Below are positions 1 to 13,639 of a stretch of DNA of 64,000 bases, in pieces. The stretch is from Ostrea edulis (lineage: Eukaryota). How positions within the stretch are numbered: position 1 is the first letter of the stretch; the number at the start of each line of letters is the position of its first letter. The stretch lies in the NCBI RefSeq assembly GCF_947568905.1, contig NC_079173.1, positions 30,194,001 to 30,258,000 of the forward strand, read 5' to 3'. The notes beneath the pieces were generated by a model. The model saw only the letters and a list, made by a program, of their open reading frames with translations. It made no database searches and was not told the origin of the DNA. The position numbers and the translations under genes were made by a program.

Positions 1-59
1 GGCATGCGCAGTTGTCATTAGAACATGGACATCTACCTCGGCATCGTACCCGTGCACCT
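1..59 (-). CDS. Kazal inhibitor gene B, exon 4 (partial, runs off the window edge)
   Basis: Acceptor tcattctag|A at 59. Reads (R)[20 protein letters not shown]. Near-copy of exon 3542-3670, same phase 2. Confidence 0.85.
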
Positions 60-564
60 CTAGAATGATAAAATAATGAATTAAAGAGAATGTAATGTAA
101 ACGACCGAGGATCAGAAATGTAGTTCTACAGCTCATTGGACTTTGTACGCTGAAGCCAGGAATCGAAACGTTTTAATAGTACAAATAAAAAAGATGCCAA
201 AAATATCAGAAACAATAATTTTCATCTTTATATCAGAAATTGACACAATTTGGAAATTTCTAGCTTTTTCTATTGGGGTGGGGGTGGGGGTTGAAAAAAT
301 TTAATTTCATACTTCCCTCGAATGCATATGGAGGGGAATATAACATTCTATTTTTTCTCGTTTGTTGGATCAAAAGCGACGAGAAAGTTCGGAATTATTC
401 AATCTTATAATAAAGATAGTAGTATCGGTATATGACTATATGTAGATAAATATCTGGTCTAATAGTAATGAAAACATGTTTTTTTTTCCATTCATTATTC
501 GGTGCTTGAAATGCTTATAATCAATAATACGAAATCCAGAAAGCCTTCATTTGAGAAACGTATC

Positions 565-680
565 AAATTTAATGGCAGCTACCTCGGCATTGATTTAAAT
601 ATGTTAAAACATTGATAAATGTGAGTAAATTTTCATAACTCTACAGGTCTTGTTTATTTCAAATTGCTAAAAAGGTTCAC
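565..680 (-). pseudogene. Decayed copy of Kazal gene B exon 2 (fossil exon)
   Basis: Minus strand aacatatttaaatcaatgccgaggtagctgccat aligns to exon 2 aacatattcaaatcaatgtcgagctggctgtca. The donor is lost and there are insertions. Flanking 170-560 aligns to 3780-4510. Confidence 0.7.
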
Positions 681-710
681 AATGCACAATTCCAGGTTTG
701 CATTGGAATA

Positions 711-2941
711 ACTATAGACAACGTCCTCAACATTAACTATAGACAACATCCTCAACATTAACTATATACAACATCCTCAACATTAACTATATGCAACATC
801 CTCAACATTAACTATAGACAACATCCTCAACATTAACTATAGACAACATCCTCAACATTAACTATATACAACATCCTCAACATTAATTATATACAACATC
901 CTCAACATTAACTATATACAACATCCTCAACATTAACTATATACAACGTCCTCAACATTAACTATATACAACGTCCTCAACATTAACTATAGACAACATC
1001 CTCAACATTAACTATAGACAACATCCTCAACATTAACTATATACAACGTCCTCAACATTAACTATATACAACGTCCTCAACATTAACTATATACAACATC
1101 CTCAACATTAACTATAGACAACATCCTCAACATTAACTATAGACAACGTCAACATTAACTATAGACAACGTCAACATTAACTATAGACAACGTCCTCAAC
1201 ATTAACTATAGACAACGTCCTCAACATTAACTATAGACAACGTCAACATTAACTATAGACAACGTCAACAATAACTGTAGACAACGTCAACATTAACTAT
1301 AGACAACGTCAACATTAACTATAGACAACGTCCTCAACATTAACTATAGACAACATCCTCAACATTAACTATAGACAACGTCCTCAACATTAACTATAGA
1401 CAACATCCTCAACATTAACTATAGACAACGTCCTCAACATTAACTATAGACAACGTCCTCAACATTAACTATAGACAACGTCAACATTAACTATAGACAA
1501 CGTCAACAATAACTATAGACAACGTCAACATTAACTATAGACAACGTCAACATTAACTATAGACAACGTCCTCAACATTAACTATAGACAACATTCTCAA
1601 CATTAACTATAGACAACGTCCTCAACATTAACTATAGACAACGTCAACAATAACTATAGACAACGTCAACATTAACTATAGACAACGTCAACATTAACTA
1701 TAGACAACGTCAACATTAACTATAGACAAATCCTCAACATTAACTATAGACAACGTCCTCAACATTAACTATAGACAACGTCAACATTAACTATAGACAA
1801 CGTCCTCAACATTAACTATATACAACATCCTCAACATTAAGTATATACAACGTCCTCAACATTAACTATAGACAACGTCCTCAACATTAACTATAGACAA
1901 CGTCAACAATAACTATATACAACGTCAACAATAACTATAGACAACATCAACATTAACTATAGACAACGTCCTCAACATTAACTATAGACAACATCCTCAA
2001 CATTAACTATAGACAACATCCTCAACATTAACTATAGACAACATCCTCAACATTAACTATAGACAACGTCCTCAACATTAACTATAGACAACATCCTCAA
2101 CATTAACTATATACAACATCCTCAACTTTAACTATAGACAGCATCCTCAACATTAACTATAGACAACATCCTCAACATTAATTATAGACAACATCCTCAA
2201 CATTAACTATAGACAACGTCAACAATAAATATATACAACGTCAACAATAACTATAGACAACGTCCTCAACATTAACTATATACAACATTCTCAACATTAA
2301 CTATAGACAACATCCTCAACATTAAGTATATACAACATCCTCAACATTAACTATAGACAACGTCAACAATAACTATAGACAACATCCTCAACATTAACTA
2401 TAGACAACGTCCTCAACATTAACTATATACAACATCCTCAACATTAACTATATACAACGTCAACATTAACTATAGACAACGTCCTTAACATTACCTATAG
2501 ACAACGTCCTCAACATTAACTATATACAACATCCTCAACATTAACTATATACAACATCCTCAACATTAACTATATACAACGTCCTCAACATTAACTATAT
2601 ACAACGTCCTCAACATTAACTATAGACAACATCCTCAACATTAACTATATACAACATCCTCAACATTAACTATAAACAACATCCTCAACATTAACTATAG
2701 ACAACGTCCTCAACATTAACTATAGACAACGTCCTCAACATTAACTATATACAACATCCTCAACATTACCTATAGACAACATCAACAATAACTATAGACA
2801 ACGTCCTCAACATTAACTATAGACAACGTCCTCAACATTAACTATATACAACATCCTCAACATTAACTATATACAACATCCTCAACATTAACTATAGACA
2901 ACATCAACATTAACTGTAGACAACGTCCTCAACATTAACTA
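711..2941. repeat. Minisatellite, 25-bp unit AACTATAGACAACGTCCTCAACATT with a 22-bp variant, roughly 90 copies, intronic
   Basis: Directly visible tandem array. Confidence 0.97.
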
Positions 2942-3114
2942 GGCGGCACAGCACCAGCGGATACAGTGACGTTGAAACCAATTATCAGGGAATGTTGTTA
3001 TTATGGCTAATTGTAATCCAAATGACCATCAACTGATGGATTTCTACTTCGTTTCCCTTCTTACCAGTATTTCACGAGGGAAATAATGGACAGTTAAATG
3101 AAAAAGAAAGATAA

Positions 3115-3236
3115 AATACCAATGAACAATCTCGTGATTCCTATCAAGAATATAAGAGTTGGACAAACACAGACCCCTGTACACACCAGAGTTGGGATCA
3201 GGTGTCTAGGAGGAGTAAGCATCTCCTGTTGACCTA
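3115..3236 (-). mobile_element. Penelope-like element 3'UTR fragment
   Basis: Matches the family consensus ...ggatcaggtgcctaggaggagtaagcatccc... seen about 20 times in the window. Confidence 0.8.
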
Positions 3237-3541
3237 TAAGATCTGTTAGGCGTGGGAGGATCGTTTTATATATCTCTGACAAGAGGTCTTTTCGATTTGA
3301 AATGTGATATATTTCTTGCTCAAAGGTGAAAAATGGATAGTTTTTGTCGTTTGTAACCCATGTTCACTTTTCCTCAGCATGAAATAAGCAATTCTTCACT
3401 AGTGTAGGGAATATGCTTTATTTCCTTTTTATTCGTGGTATTGTCCATGGCGATATGTATGAATTACATCTGCTGATGTTTAGCTTTTCTGTGAGATTAT
3501 ATTTCTCCATTGATGAAAACTTATACAAGGACTGGGATTAC

Positions 3542-3670
3542 CTGCATCGTGCAGTACAGCTGTTAGGATAGGTCTCGCCGTCCCGCCCACAAACAGGTCT
3601 GTATCTGTTTGGGCATTCGCAGTTGTCATTAGAACATGGACATCTACCTTGGCATCTTACCAGTGCACCT
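3542..3670 (-). CDS. Kazal inhibitor gene B, exon 3
   Basis: ttacag|A acceptor and AG|gtaatc donor, 129 nt, phase 2-2. Reads [42 protein letters not shown], with the Kazal motif CxC..PVCGxDGxTYxNxC. Confidence 0.92.
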
Positions 3671-4519
3671 CTGTAATAATGAAATAATGAATTAAACAGA
3701 AGGTATTGTAGACGACCGAGGATCAGAATTGTAGTTCTACAGCTCATTGTACTAATGTATATCTAGACGTTTTAATGTAAATACAAAAATCGATAGTTCA
3801 CAATGAAGTCTATGGAAAACGCATATTTCATTTAAACACATGAAATAAATAATAAGATGCGATTTTCATACAACTATTTTGGTAAAAAGTTGTATAAACT
3901 TACTCTTATCATAATATTAATTCAAATCAATAGATTATCACAGAAATATTTTTAAAAATTGGAGTTTTTTCTCCCCCCCCCCCAAAGGCAGATAAATGTT
4001 CAAGAAAATTTTCAAGGTCAAAAGTCAACATCTAATCTTTAACTAGTTCAAGAAATTTGGATAAATCCCCTCCATATTTATTTCATTAAAAAACATTGAA
4101 CTTGTTTTCAATCATTCCAAAATGTTCAATGTGCCTTGATTATGGATGACCTAGACATTAAAGTCACAAAGGTTTTGTTTCTTTTATTTTCTAAGTATCA
4201 ATTTAGAAATTCTCGGCTATTTTTGGTCCAGTGTTCCCATCAAATGCATACCGTAGAAAATATAACATTCTATGTTTTCTCCATTGGATCCCAGGCATGA
4301 ATGATTCATTCATATAACAAATATTAATAGTATATTTATATAGTATCACTACGTCTATATAGGTATTATAATAAATATTAATACTACATATGCAATAGGT
4401 ATCTGGTCTACTATAATACGAAAACTTGTTTCATCATTTGTTATTCGGTGATTGAAATGCGTGCAATCGATAATACGAAATTCCTATGGCCTTCATTTGA
4501 GAAACGTAATGACACTTAC

Positions 4520-4601
4520 TGACAGCCAGCTCGACATTGATTTGAATATGTTTGTCCATCATATCCACATACAGGATCGTAAATTGCTGGACAGATGCAG
4601 C
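4520..4601 (-). CDS. Kazal inhibitor gene B, exon 2
   Basis: ctttctgcccag| acceptor and |gtaagt donor, 82 nt, phase 1-2. Reads CICPAIYDPVCGYDGQTYSNQCRAGC. Confidence 0.92.
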
Positions 4602-5009
4602 CTGGGCAGAAAGAAAGTTTATCGAAAGCAATATCAAAAGATAACCTTTTTTCTTTAACAAAATCACTTCTATAGTATTTTGTTTTATGTAAAAATAAGT
4701 CAGCAATGTAACATTCCAGTACAGTTTTACAGTTAGAGAGATTTTTTATTCCTTAATTTTGTCTATAGGTGTATCTTCGCTAACGGTGAATATTTTCAAT
4801 ATTTGTCGTTTTTTCGTAGGGTGTAGTATGTGATGTTTGTTTATGTAATATATCTCTCTTTATAAAGACTTGGGTCGCATTGAAAATCTGCTGAAACTAC
4901 AGTACATGTTTATTTTACTTTAGGATCATACGTTAAAGTGGCTATCAATTTAGAGGTGTGTCATCTCATAGCAAGCGTGTAGAGAATATGAACTTTGTGT
5001 GATAGTTAC

Positions 5010-5091
5010 CTGTTTGACTAGTTAAATCTCCCTGAGGTTTTACGCTGTCGAATGATGCCAGGATTATTGCCAGTATGTAAATGTGCTGCAT
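5010..5091 (-). CDS. Kazal inhibitor gene B, exon 1 (signal peptide)
   Basis: ATG in an aaccATG context. Reads MQHIYILAIILASFDSVKPQGDLTSQT, then G|gtaact. Phase 1 matches exon 2. Confidence 0.82.
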
Positions 5092-7765
5092 GGTTTCCTT
5101 TCCTGAACGTTCTGTAATGGTACATAAGTCGTCATGACTTCCGGAATCAAACTTATGAATGTATGCACAGAATGGTTGCAGTAAAGACTCTAATGTTCGT
5201 GAGAGTATAATTTTCGGGAGTTTGGCGTGGTGTTGAAGTTAAAAGGGGTGGATAATTCATAAACAAAATGCCCGTGTGAAGTGTCGCAATTCAATTCCTC
5301 ATGTATTTTAAAAATTAAAATTCATTTTTTCTATTTTCATTTTGCTTTCATTCCCTGCCCTTAAAGCAATACAAGCTGTAACTGACGGCATATTTTCAAC
5401 TATCCAATTATGCATCAATGAACTCCTGTCGGTAAAACTGATATACACATGTAATCCCCAAGATCTGAAGAAAAATTTTGCAAAATAAACAAGTGAATAT
5501 TGTTTGAGAGCATACCTACACAATGAGTGTTTCATATAAACCACCATTGCGTTGTATACACGGAAATGCAAACGACGAACATGATCGAGTTGCTGAGACC
5601 GAGGTCACATGTACAAAGATGGAAACTGACGTGAGTAACTACACGTTTTTCGTTTGTTTAAAATATTACATCGTTTCATGAATAATAAAAAGTACAAAAG
5701 TGCAAGAAAGTAAAAATTACGCAAACATGTCACTCAAATGAAATTTTGAAAGTGGATTTTCTATAATTTGCATGATTTAAACTGTGTACAAATCTGACAC
5801 GTGCTCAGTGCCTCTCTTTCGCTTTTTTCCGAATTGGTGACCTCCGAAGCCAATGCACAAGGAAATTACAAGCAGGAATTACTGACAGGATGACAATGAT
5901 TAATGAATCGACATTTTCTGCTGATTTGACAGGTTCGTTGCTTCAGATTCACTCTGATTCTATAAAGTTATATGTATTCAATCACAGATATGTTAAATAT
6001 TTGTTCTTTTATTTTTTTTAAATTTAGTTACCGTCAGTTGCAGCTTGTATTGCCTTAAAATAGACGTACTATATTTATCAAGATTAATACACGCATTATT
6101 AACAACCACAGCGCATTATTTCAATTTGTAAAGATAGGAAAAGCAAAACATGGGAAATGTAAAAAACAAATGAATAGATCCTATCAATGTATGCTACTTT
6201 AGGTTGAAATGAGAACTGTTTTATTTATTTCTAACGTACAGTATTTTCTCCGTATGAAATGTGATCAGTGTATTTCGAGAGAGAGAAAAAAATGTATCAA
6301 TACTATAAGTTGTTTGCATTTAACCAAAGTTTTAAAAAGACAGTGTGTACCTTAATCAAATCAGTTTAGTTTTACAGAATTGTGCACCACTGATCACAGA
6401 CCAAGGCTAACGTTAATTTTGGTTAATTTTGGTTACTGGCCCAGATAATTTAGAATTGGAGGTCCTTGGACCATCTTGTTGAATGGACACCTGTATTTTT
6501 CTCTGTACAGGTGAAACAGGGACAGTTATATATTAAAAATATTTTTAAAACAATGTTTCTTATAGACGGACAATGCAAAATCATAGTGGGTACATGATTT
6601 TCAATTGCTGCATCAGCTACCTACATGTATACTCATAGAGAGACTGTCAGTATGTCGACAATTGTGGTCCCAGAACTGACCACGAGGAAGATCTCTGTTG
6701 ACTAATCGGGTGCAAAGATATGTGCTGGATTCCATATTTTCGCAAAATTATTATTTTTTGTCAATAGCCAGATGTAGAAAAGATCCATTTCATTGTCGCT
6801 GTTTCGGGGTCAAATAGATTCGGATATAAAAAGCATTTAAAAAAAAAAGACCAATTATGACACGAACAATATTGAAATGACAAAATTTCGGGACGACCTG
6901 TCCTGTCTTCAGGACGTTAGAATATTTACAGCTGAGTTACGACACAATGTAATGAGCTTTTCGTCATACACCAGCATTCATTACACTGACATGAAAATGG
7001 TGGTACTTCAAAATACCCGAAATTTAGCCTATCTAAAACCACTCTGGAGGATTATGGGTATTAACTGCATATCATTAGCCATTCTAGAAATGTTGCTAAA
7101 TATGTCCATTTACGATAAAATATAGAACGCCTTTAAAAAAAATAAATGTTGCACAAACCTTTTAATTTTTTAAAGGTATTTTTTGATAAAATACTCTTGT
7201 AATGAAAACTAGAAGAATTCCATGAAAAGTGCTTACGCTGTCTTGTAAAAGTACAGTATGCTATTAATATCAATATGAAAATAAACAGATATGTATTAAT
7301 CATATATGAAATATGCTTTTAAAGTATAGGTTCTTCAGGTACCCCTTAATCACGTGATTATGATATATTGGTTATGCAATTTTTTTTATATGAAATATGA
7401 TACAGGAGACGTTACTGAATTTTAGCAATCACAACGGTTTCTAATTTACCATGGACCAAAAATCGGTCTTATCGAAACCTCTTTCACATCACATAATGAA
7501 ACTAATGTGCAAATTCCGGCTTTATAAATTAGCATATATTGGTACATTTTGATACAAAACCATTATCATCTTTTTGAATTTCATAGATCTAGTAATTATA
7601 CTCGTGTAGTTTTGCACATAACATTGTATATTTCAATTTCTCATTCCAAGGTATACTCCAATTTTTAAGCACTAGAATGTAAAGTAATTGAATTACTTTC
7701 TGATATTTATCATATATCAAATACTTTCATATGAATCACTTCACAGATACAGCACTTGTATAATG

Positions 7766-7830
<65 letters not shown>
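7766..7830. repeat. (TA)n microsatellite (others at 8208-8252 and 56716-56760; (GA)n at 37562-37612)
   Basis: Directly visible. Confidence 0.95.
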
Positions 7831-8204
7831 ACATGTATATATGTATGTATGTATCCCACTTACCTGAATATATGGAATATCTTTGTTACAACAAAACATT
7901 GGATGCTTATATACTATATGCACCGTGAAATTTAGCAATCATAGAAGTTGGTCAACGAACGTGCTTCTTCTTGTTCGGTAATGCATCATGATTAATCATG
8001 TTAATAAATTAATCGTTAAGTTTTGAAGTACATTCATGAATATGATTAAGATTTTCAAATTTGGTCCTTTTACTTTTTATCATGAAAATTTCTTTTCATA
8101 TACGGCCAATCAACTGTTTTTGATGTTTGACCAGAAATATTGCGAATTTTTTTTCACAATTAATGTAATAATGTCATCATTTGGGTTTACAAATATACGA
8201 AGCG

Positions 8205-8257
<53 letters not shown>

Positions 8258-9799
8258 AATGGATGCAAATTTCGTGGATAATCGTTTCGTAATCGCCTTT
8301 TGTAGGATGAGGTATTAATTAATTAGACATTTACCTCACTAAATGTATAATTGATAACAATATCGAAAAATTGATAACTACATATACTGTTTGTTCTCTT
8401 CAGAGTGAAAATAGGGGAAAATGAAGTTGTGTATGACCGACTTCTAAAGAAAACAAACAAGCATGACGGGCACCTGACGGCAAATAAATCATCGGTACAT
8501 GGTACACTAATGCACAGTCTCAAATGTCGACCAACTGCCCAACACTGAAAAAAACAGAGTTCCTATCGAGACTAGGCCGCGTGACCGTGTTCTTACGCAT
8601 TACAACTAATTCTGTAATGCATGTTGGATGCTACATGTTCCACAATCTATGATACAATTAAATTATTGACCTCTTTAGCATATTGCCGATTGTATATTGA
8701 TACTAAAAGCAGACTGAAATGTATCATCATGGAAACCCCTTCCTAAATGTTAGACATGTAGAGTTAGTAATCAAACTATAACGTTATTCATATAAAAAAA
8801 AATTAGACGTAGTCCAATTTTACAAAAGGGATGTTGGCCAGTGCGGGTGCCCTCTTACTTTCAGGACACTTAAAACACCTTTATTTGTACTTTTATATGT
8901 GGACGTTTTCAGTTAGAACAACACTTTATACCTTTTATACAGATTAAAACAGTTGCCCCAGAATATATACACCTGTAGTCTAAAATGCTTCAAAAGAATA
9001 AAATGGGATTTTTTATTTATCAATCGTCGCAGTTTTTAACATATGGAACAGATTTAATTCATAAACTAGTTTCGTTTATTTCAACGTTGTCGGTATATAG
9101 TTGTGCACAAGTTATGATATCGATACCAGGTCTCTATAGTTCAAAAACCCATCACCCTAATTACCGTTTACTAATTATGTTATTCTATATTACATGTAGT
9201 TATTATATGGTTCTCAGGTTGTTAGTGATAAAATGTTCCTAAAAGTTGGCATTAGATTGCAATAACTGAATCATCTGAAAAGATCCACATCCATTCACTG
9301 TATCTGTAAACAAAAATGGCGGCCCATCTATCGTGGTGGAAATTCTGATAACCAGTTTCTATTTTATATCTATTATCAATAAGAATCAAACAATTACTAC
9401 AATATTTCGATTTATTTTCTAATGACCAAAACATATTACCAATGGTAATTTGAAATATTTCTGAATTAATGCAATGATTTAGTTCTAGTGTTTTGGATTT
9501 ACGTGACACTTAGTCTAGTATTATGAAGAAGAAGCAAGATTATAGATATCAACATAAAACAATTGACTCATACATTTATATAATATCCAACGCAAATCAA
9601 CAACCACCACTACAAGTTCAATACCGTTATTAAGTTACAACAAACCTTAGATATCCTCAGCAGAAATCAATCACAAAGTCAATTCAAAGATTTCACAATT
9701 TATTTACAATTATGGAAAGACAAATATATCAATGAAAAAATGCTAACTTACGATAGGTATAACAAAAGTTCACAATCAAGCTTCTGATTTTATTCCGTA

Positions 9800-11500
9800 G
9801 TCTTATAGAATGCTTAATACTCATAAGGACATATCTAATCTTACAAAACAGTCCTTTGTCCATTCACATTTAACGCTCTTTTGATTTACAATAGGTTGGT
9901 AAGTGGACCAGCTGTTTGAGAAAACATTTGGACCTTTTCTGTAAGAACCAATCATGTCCAAAAATCTCATTAACTCTTTTTTGTTCGTAGGAATCGGAAA
10001 CATTGCAATTACTTCCACTTTAGCCGTGTCTCATATCGATTGTTAGGCCGTTCTTGGCACACTGATTTTAACTACGGATACCTCCGTTTACCCTGATCAG
10101 GATATAGGGCTCACGGCGGGTGTGACCGGTCGACAGGGGATGCTAGCTCCTCCTGGGCACCTGATCCCACCTCTGGCGTGCCCAGGGGTCCGTGTTTGCC
10201 AAACTATCTATTTCGTATTCCCTATAGGAGTTATGACATCGATCACTGTTCGTTATCTTCACCTTCCATTATAGGTGTAACGTAGCCTTGACCTACTTTA
10301 TGACCTAAATATTGTACAGTAACATGACAAATGTCACTCGTTGTAAGGTTCACTGTTAAGTTTGCTTTCGATGGAATGTCAAAGAATGTACGTATGATTA
10401 GGAGATGTTAGTCCCATGTGTCGTTGTAGATGATAGTATCAACAATGCAGGCTCCACATTCTTAAAGGCCATGAAGAATGGAGTGAATTATCCTCTGAAA
10501 ATTTGCTGTAGCATTTCGTCATGCCTGAAGGCATCACTTTGTACAGAAGCATGTCATCAGGAGTCACAATTGCCGAAATTGCTTTAGCACTTTTAGTTAA
10601 TGGTACTTGACAGTAACCTTTGAAAGATTATGCATTTCCGATTTTTGTCAATAAAATAATTGATTCTGAGAATCGGATGCGAGTCTGATTTCATGACAGA
10701 TTTAACTCTTTTGACGTACACAATTGGTGGGTACCATCAGGTTTAGGTACTAGAATGCAAGGTGATCTCCAATCACTTTTACTTGGTTCAATAATGTCAT
10801 TGTTCAACATAAGCTGCACTTCTGTATAATTGTAATGGATTTAAACGATAATGATGTTGATTGATGGACAAAACGTCACCCACTCTAACATCATGACAAG
10901 CAGCAGTGTTGTTTTTTAACATCAAGGAAGATTGAGGGATAATTAGCTGTGAGACATTGGACTTGTCCTTTCTAGGGGAATATTCAAATTATCAGGATTG
11001 GCAAGAATTTTATCGGATACTCTTATTTGAAATCTTCACTAGTTTCCACACTAAAGTCATTTTCAATGCAATTTTGAAATGTCTTAATATTGGCTAATGC
11101 GGAAACTGATTTTACATGAGTTCGGTCACATCTATTAAAATACACCTTCAACATGTTAACGTGATAAACTCGTTTTTCTTTAGGCGGACCGGATGTCTTA
11201 ACAAAGTAGCTCACATCATTGTTTCATAAAGACCATCAAATCTGACCTGTAAAGGATGACAAAAACAGAGAGAAATACCAGGACAGTATCACTTGGTTTA
11301 AAAAATCTGTTCCGGGTACAATGTATCTTTGTCATTCCACACTTTCAGTTTGACTTGAGAACTTTCAAGATTTTCTTGTGACAATTGGCAAGCATTGTAG
11401 TCTCTTTTTGAAATTAGATACATAATCTAAAAGGTTAAGAGCACTAGTTTCAGTCAGCCACTTTTCCGTTAGCAATTTCAAAGGACCTCAAACTGTTTGG
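9800..11500 (-). mobile_element. Degenerate Ty3/gypsy pol relic with integrase upstream of RT (Gmr1-like order), interrupted by a Penelope-like fragment
   Basis: Minus-strand remnants in order: GPLKLLTEKWL (about 11460), RVYHVNMLK (about 11160), SPCILVPKPDG (about 10750), PIPTNKKELMRFL (about 9990). Many stops and frameshifts. Confidence 0.8.
10015..10270 (+). mobile_element. Penelope-like element 3' fragment inserted in the gypsy relic
   Basis: Family consensus ending ttatcttcaccttccat. Confidence 0.88.
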
Positions 11501-13639
11501 CGAAACAACTGAATCCTATAATACCGAACCACTGAAAGCGATAATGTAATGATAACACTGAATTTCAATCCTTGTGATCTTCTGTACTATTCGGCGGACT
11601 CTTCCGATGCATAGAAATACCGGATTTAACACCAAAGAATATCGTTGTCATTCAACAACTTAAAGCATTTTATATAATGATTATGATCTCCTGATATCAC
11701 ATATTCCTGAAAAATTCCTTCAAAGAACTATTTCTTCATTTGCTCATTTAAACTACCATTAGATAGCTTTTCGGTTTGTTTATGACTATGAATTGTGTAT
11801 GACAAGTAATTGACATCCAACGCCAATAGCCAATCACAAATCAGAATTGTTCAAATCGCCCCAAAAATGTCATCCAACGATGACAGTTCTGATTAGAGGC
11901 ACCACTCGGCGCTTTGTTTGCTTTGTCACTCACAGTGACTCTACTACCGGTATAGTACATATGTACTACAAAATAGACCTATGCAATGCTCTCATGGTAA
12001 ATATATCAAGGGTATTATTACAACGTTTTTAATGTCATATATACTACGAATTCTTGACTTTTACTTCAAATGTTTGGCGCTTGATGGAAAAAGGTTCCTA
12101 CTTACGTTAACATTTCATTTTTTATGCGGCATCAAGATTTAGAATCGAACACAGGCCGCCGGGGTGTAAAGCGTGTGCCTAATTATAGAGAAACTTGAAA
12201 GTTATTAATCCTCATCATTCTTTAAAAGACTCTTAATTTGTGACTTCAAACTAAAGAAGATTAGCTCATGTTCTTAAAGACTGTAGTAGTTTCTAAATGC
12301 CAGTCACATTCTCCGTACAAAGAGAAACATGAAGAATACATAAACTACACCGCCCTCTTCCTGACCTTATGGGAAATGACGTTAAATTTCACGATTTGGG
12401 AGCAAACCTGTGATAGAATAAATGATTTCACGGACTGCTTTATTTTCTTTGCAGGACTGGAGTCCCCTCAGCACAAGAAAAAAAAAAACCCAACATATTT
12501 GATGCATTAGTATTGCAGACTTTTACACATCCAAAATATTCAAGTTTAAGATAATTTTCTTCAGTACTAAGAACGGCCTTATACATGATAAATCAAATGA
12601 GGTCGTATTTGTTGTTTTAATGGCTTTTAATGCATAATGACATTTTGAATCTATATATTATCTTTCTTTTGCCATGATTAAAGAGTTTCCTGGCTGTTTC
12701 TTAAACTCTTACGGACATTTTCAATAGTAAACCGATTTCTCGCTCATTAAATAACTAGTTTGACAAATCGGAAAGTTGTATACTTTCAATTACTTAGATT
12801 CATCTTCTACGCCATTAATGATTTCAAAGCGAAGCTGAAAATCTATATGATATTTACATTTACACTTTTTATTTCAGTTGAATGTACAAGTGTTAGTGAG
12901 AATTATTACACTTTGAGACCATAAAACTATTATAATATCTATCAATCCAACGATATCTGAGAAATAAATTTTAGTTTTGAAAATACATGAGGGTACGGAC
13001 TGCGACGCTCTACATCGACATACGTCATGAAACGCGTTAACCTATTTATATTTACATGCGCATTCTACCTTCATTTATATTGGATTTTGCATTCGTTGAA
13101 ATAGACGTACTATGTCTATTTGTATTCATACACGCAACGCATTCATGAGAAAATGGCTACCATTACAATTTGTAGATATATCAATGACAAAACATTGGAA
13201 TTGTAAATAAGCAGTTTGGACTTTGACAAATTCGTTTACCAGTAAGTCTAAAGACATTTGAGAACGATGACTATTGAAACTAGCTATGGTTGGCTGTATG
13301 ACAGATATATCAATGTGGTTAACATACAGATGTCGATCATTTTACCCTCTTTTATAAAACTCTTTTTTCTAAATTTGTAATGCGTAAATTGTCCCAAATT
13401 ACTTTACATCAGTTAAGATGAGTAGAGAGTATTTTCAGTCCTTATGATTTCGTTCAATAAAACACATTTCATGTTATTTGATGGATTATTGTAAAGAAAA
13501 TATTAATCTTCTCTGACGCGGAACGATACTGCCATAGTAATAGAGGAACTACACGTACATGTGTATATATACGAGAAATATTGAACAACCGTATAAGACA
13601 CATTAAAAAAAAAGTACGCACTATCTAATTTTCTCATTT

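Noticed and set aside
8323-8660. Cys-containing minus-strand ORF and nearby splice-like sites as an extra Kazal exon
   Set aside because: No Kazal motif in any frame, and early stops after the acceptor.
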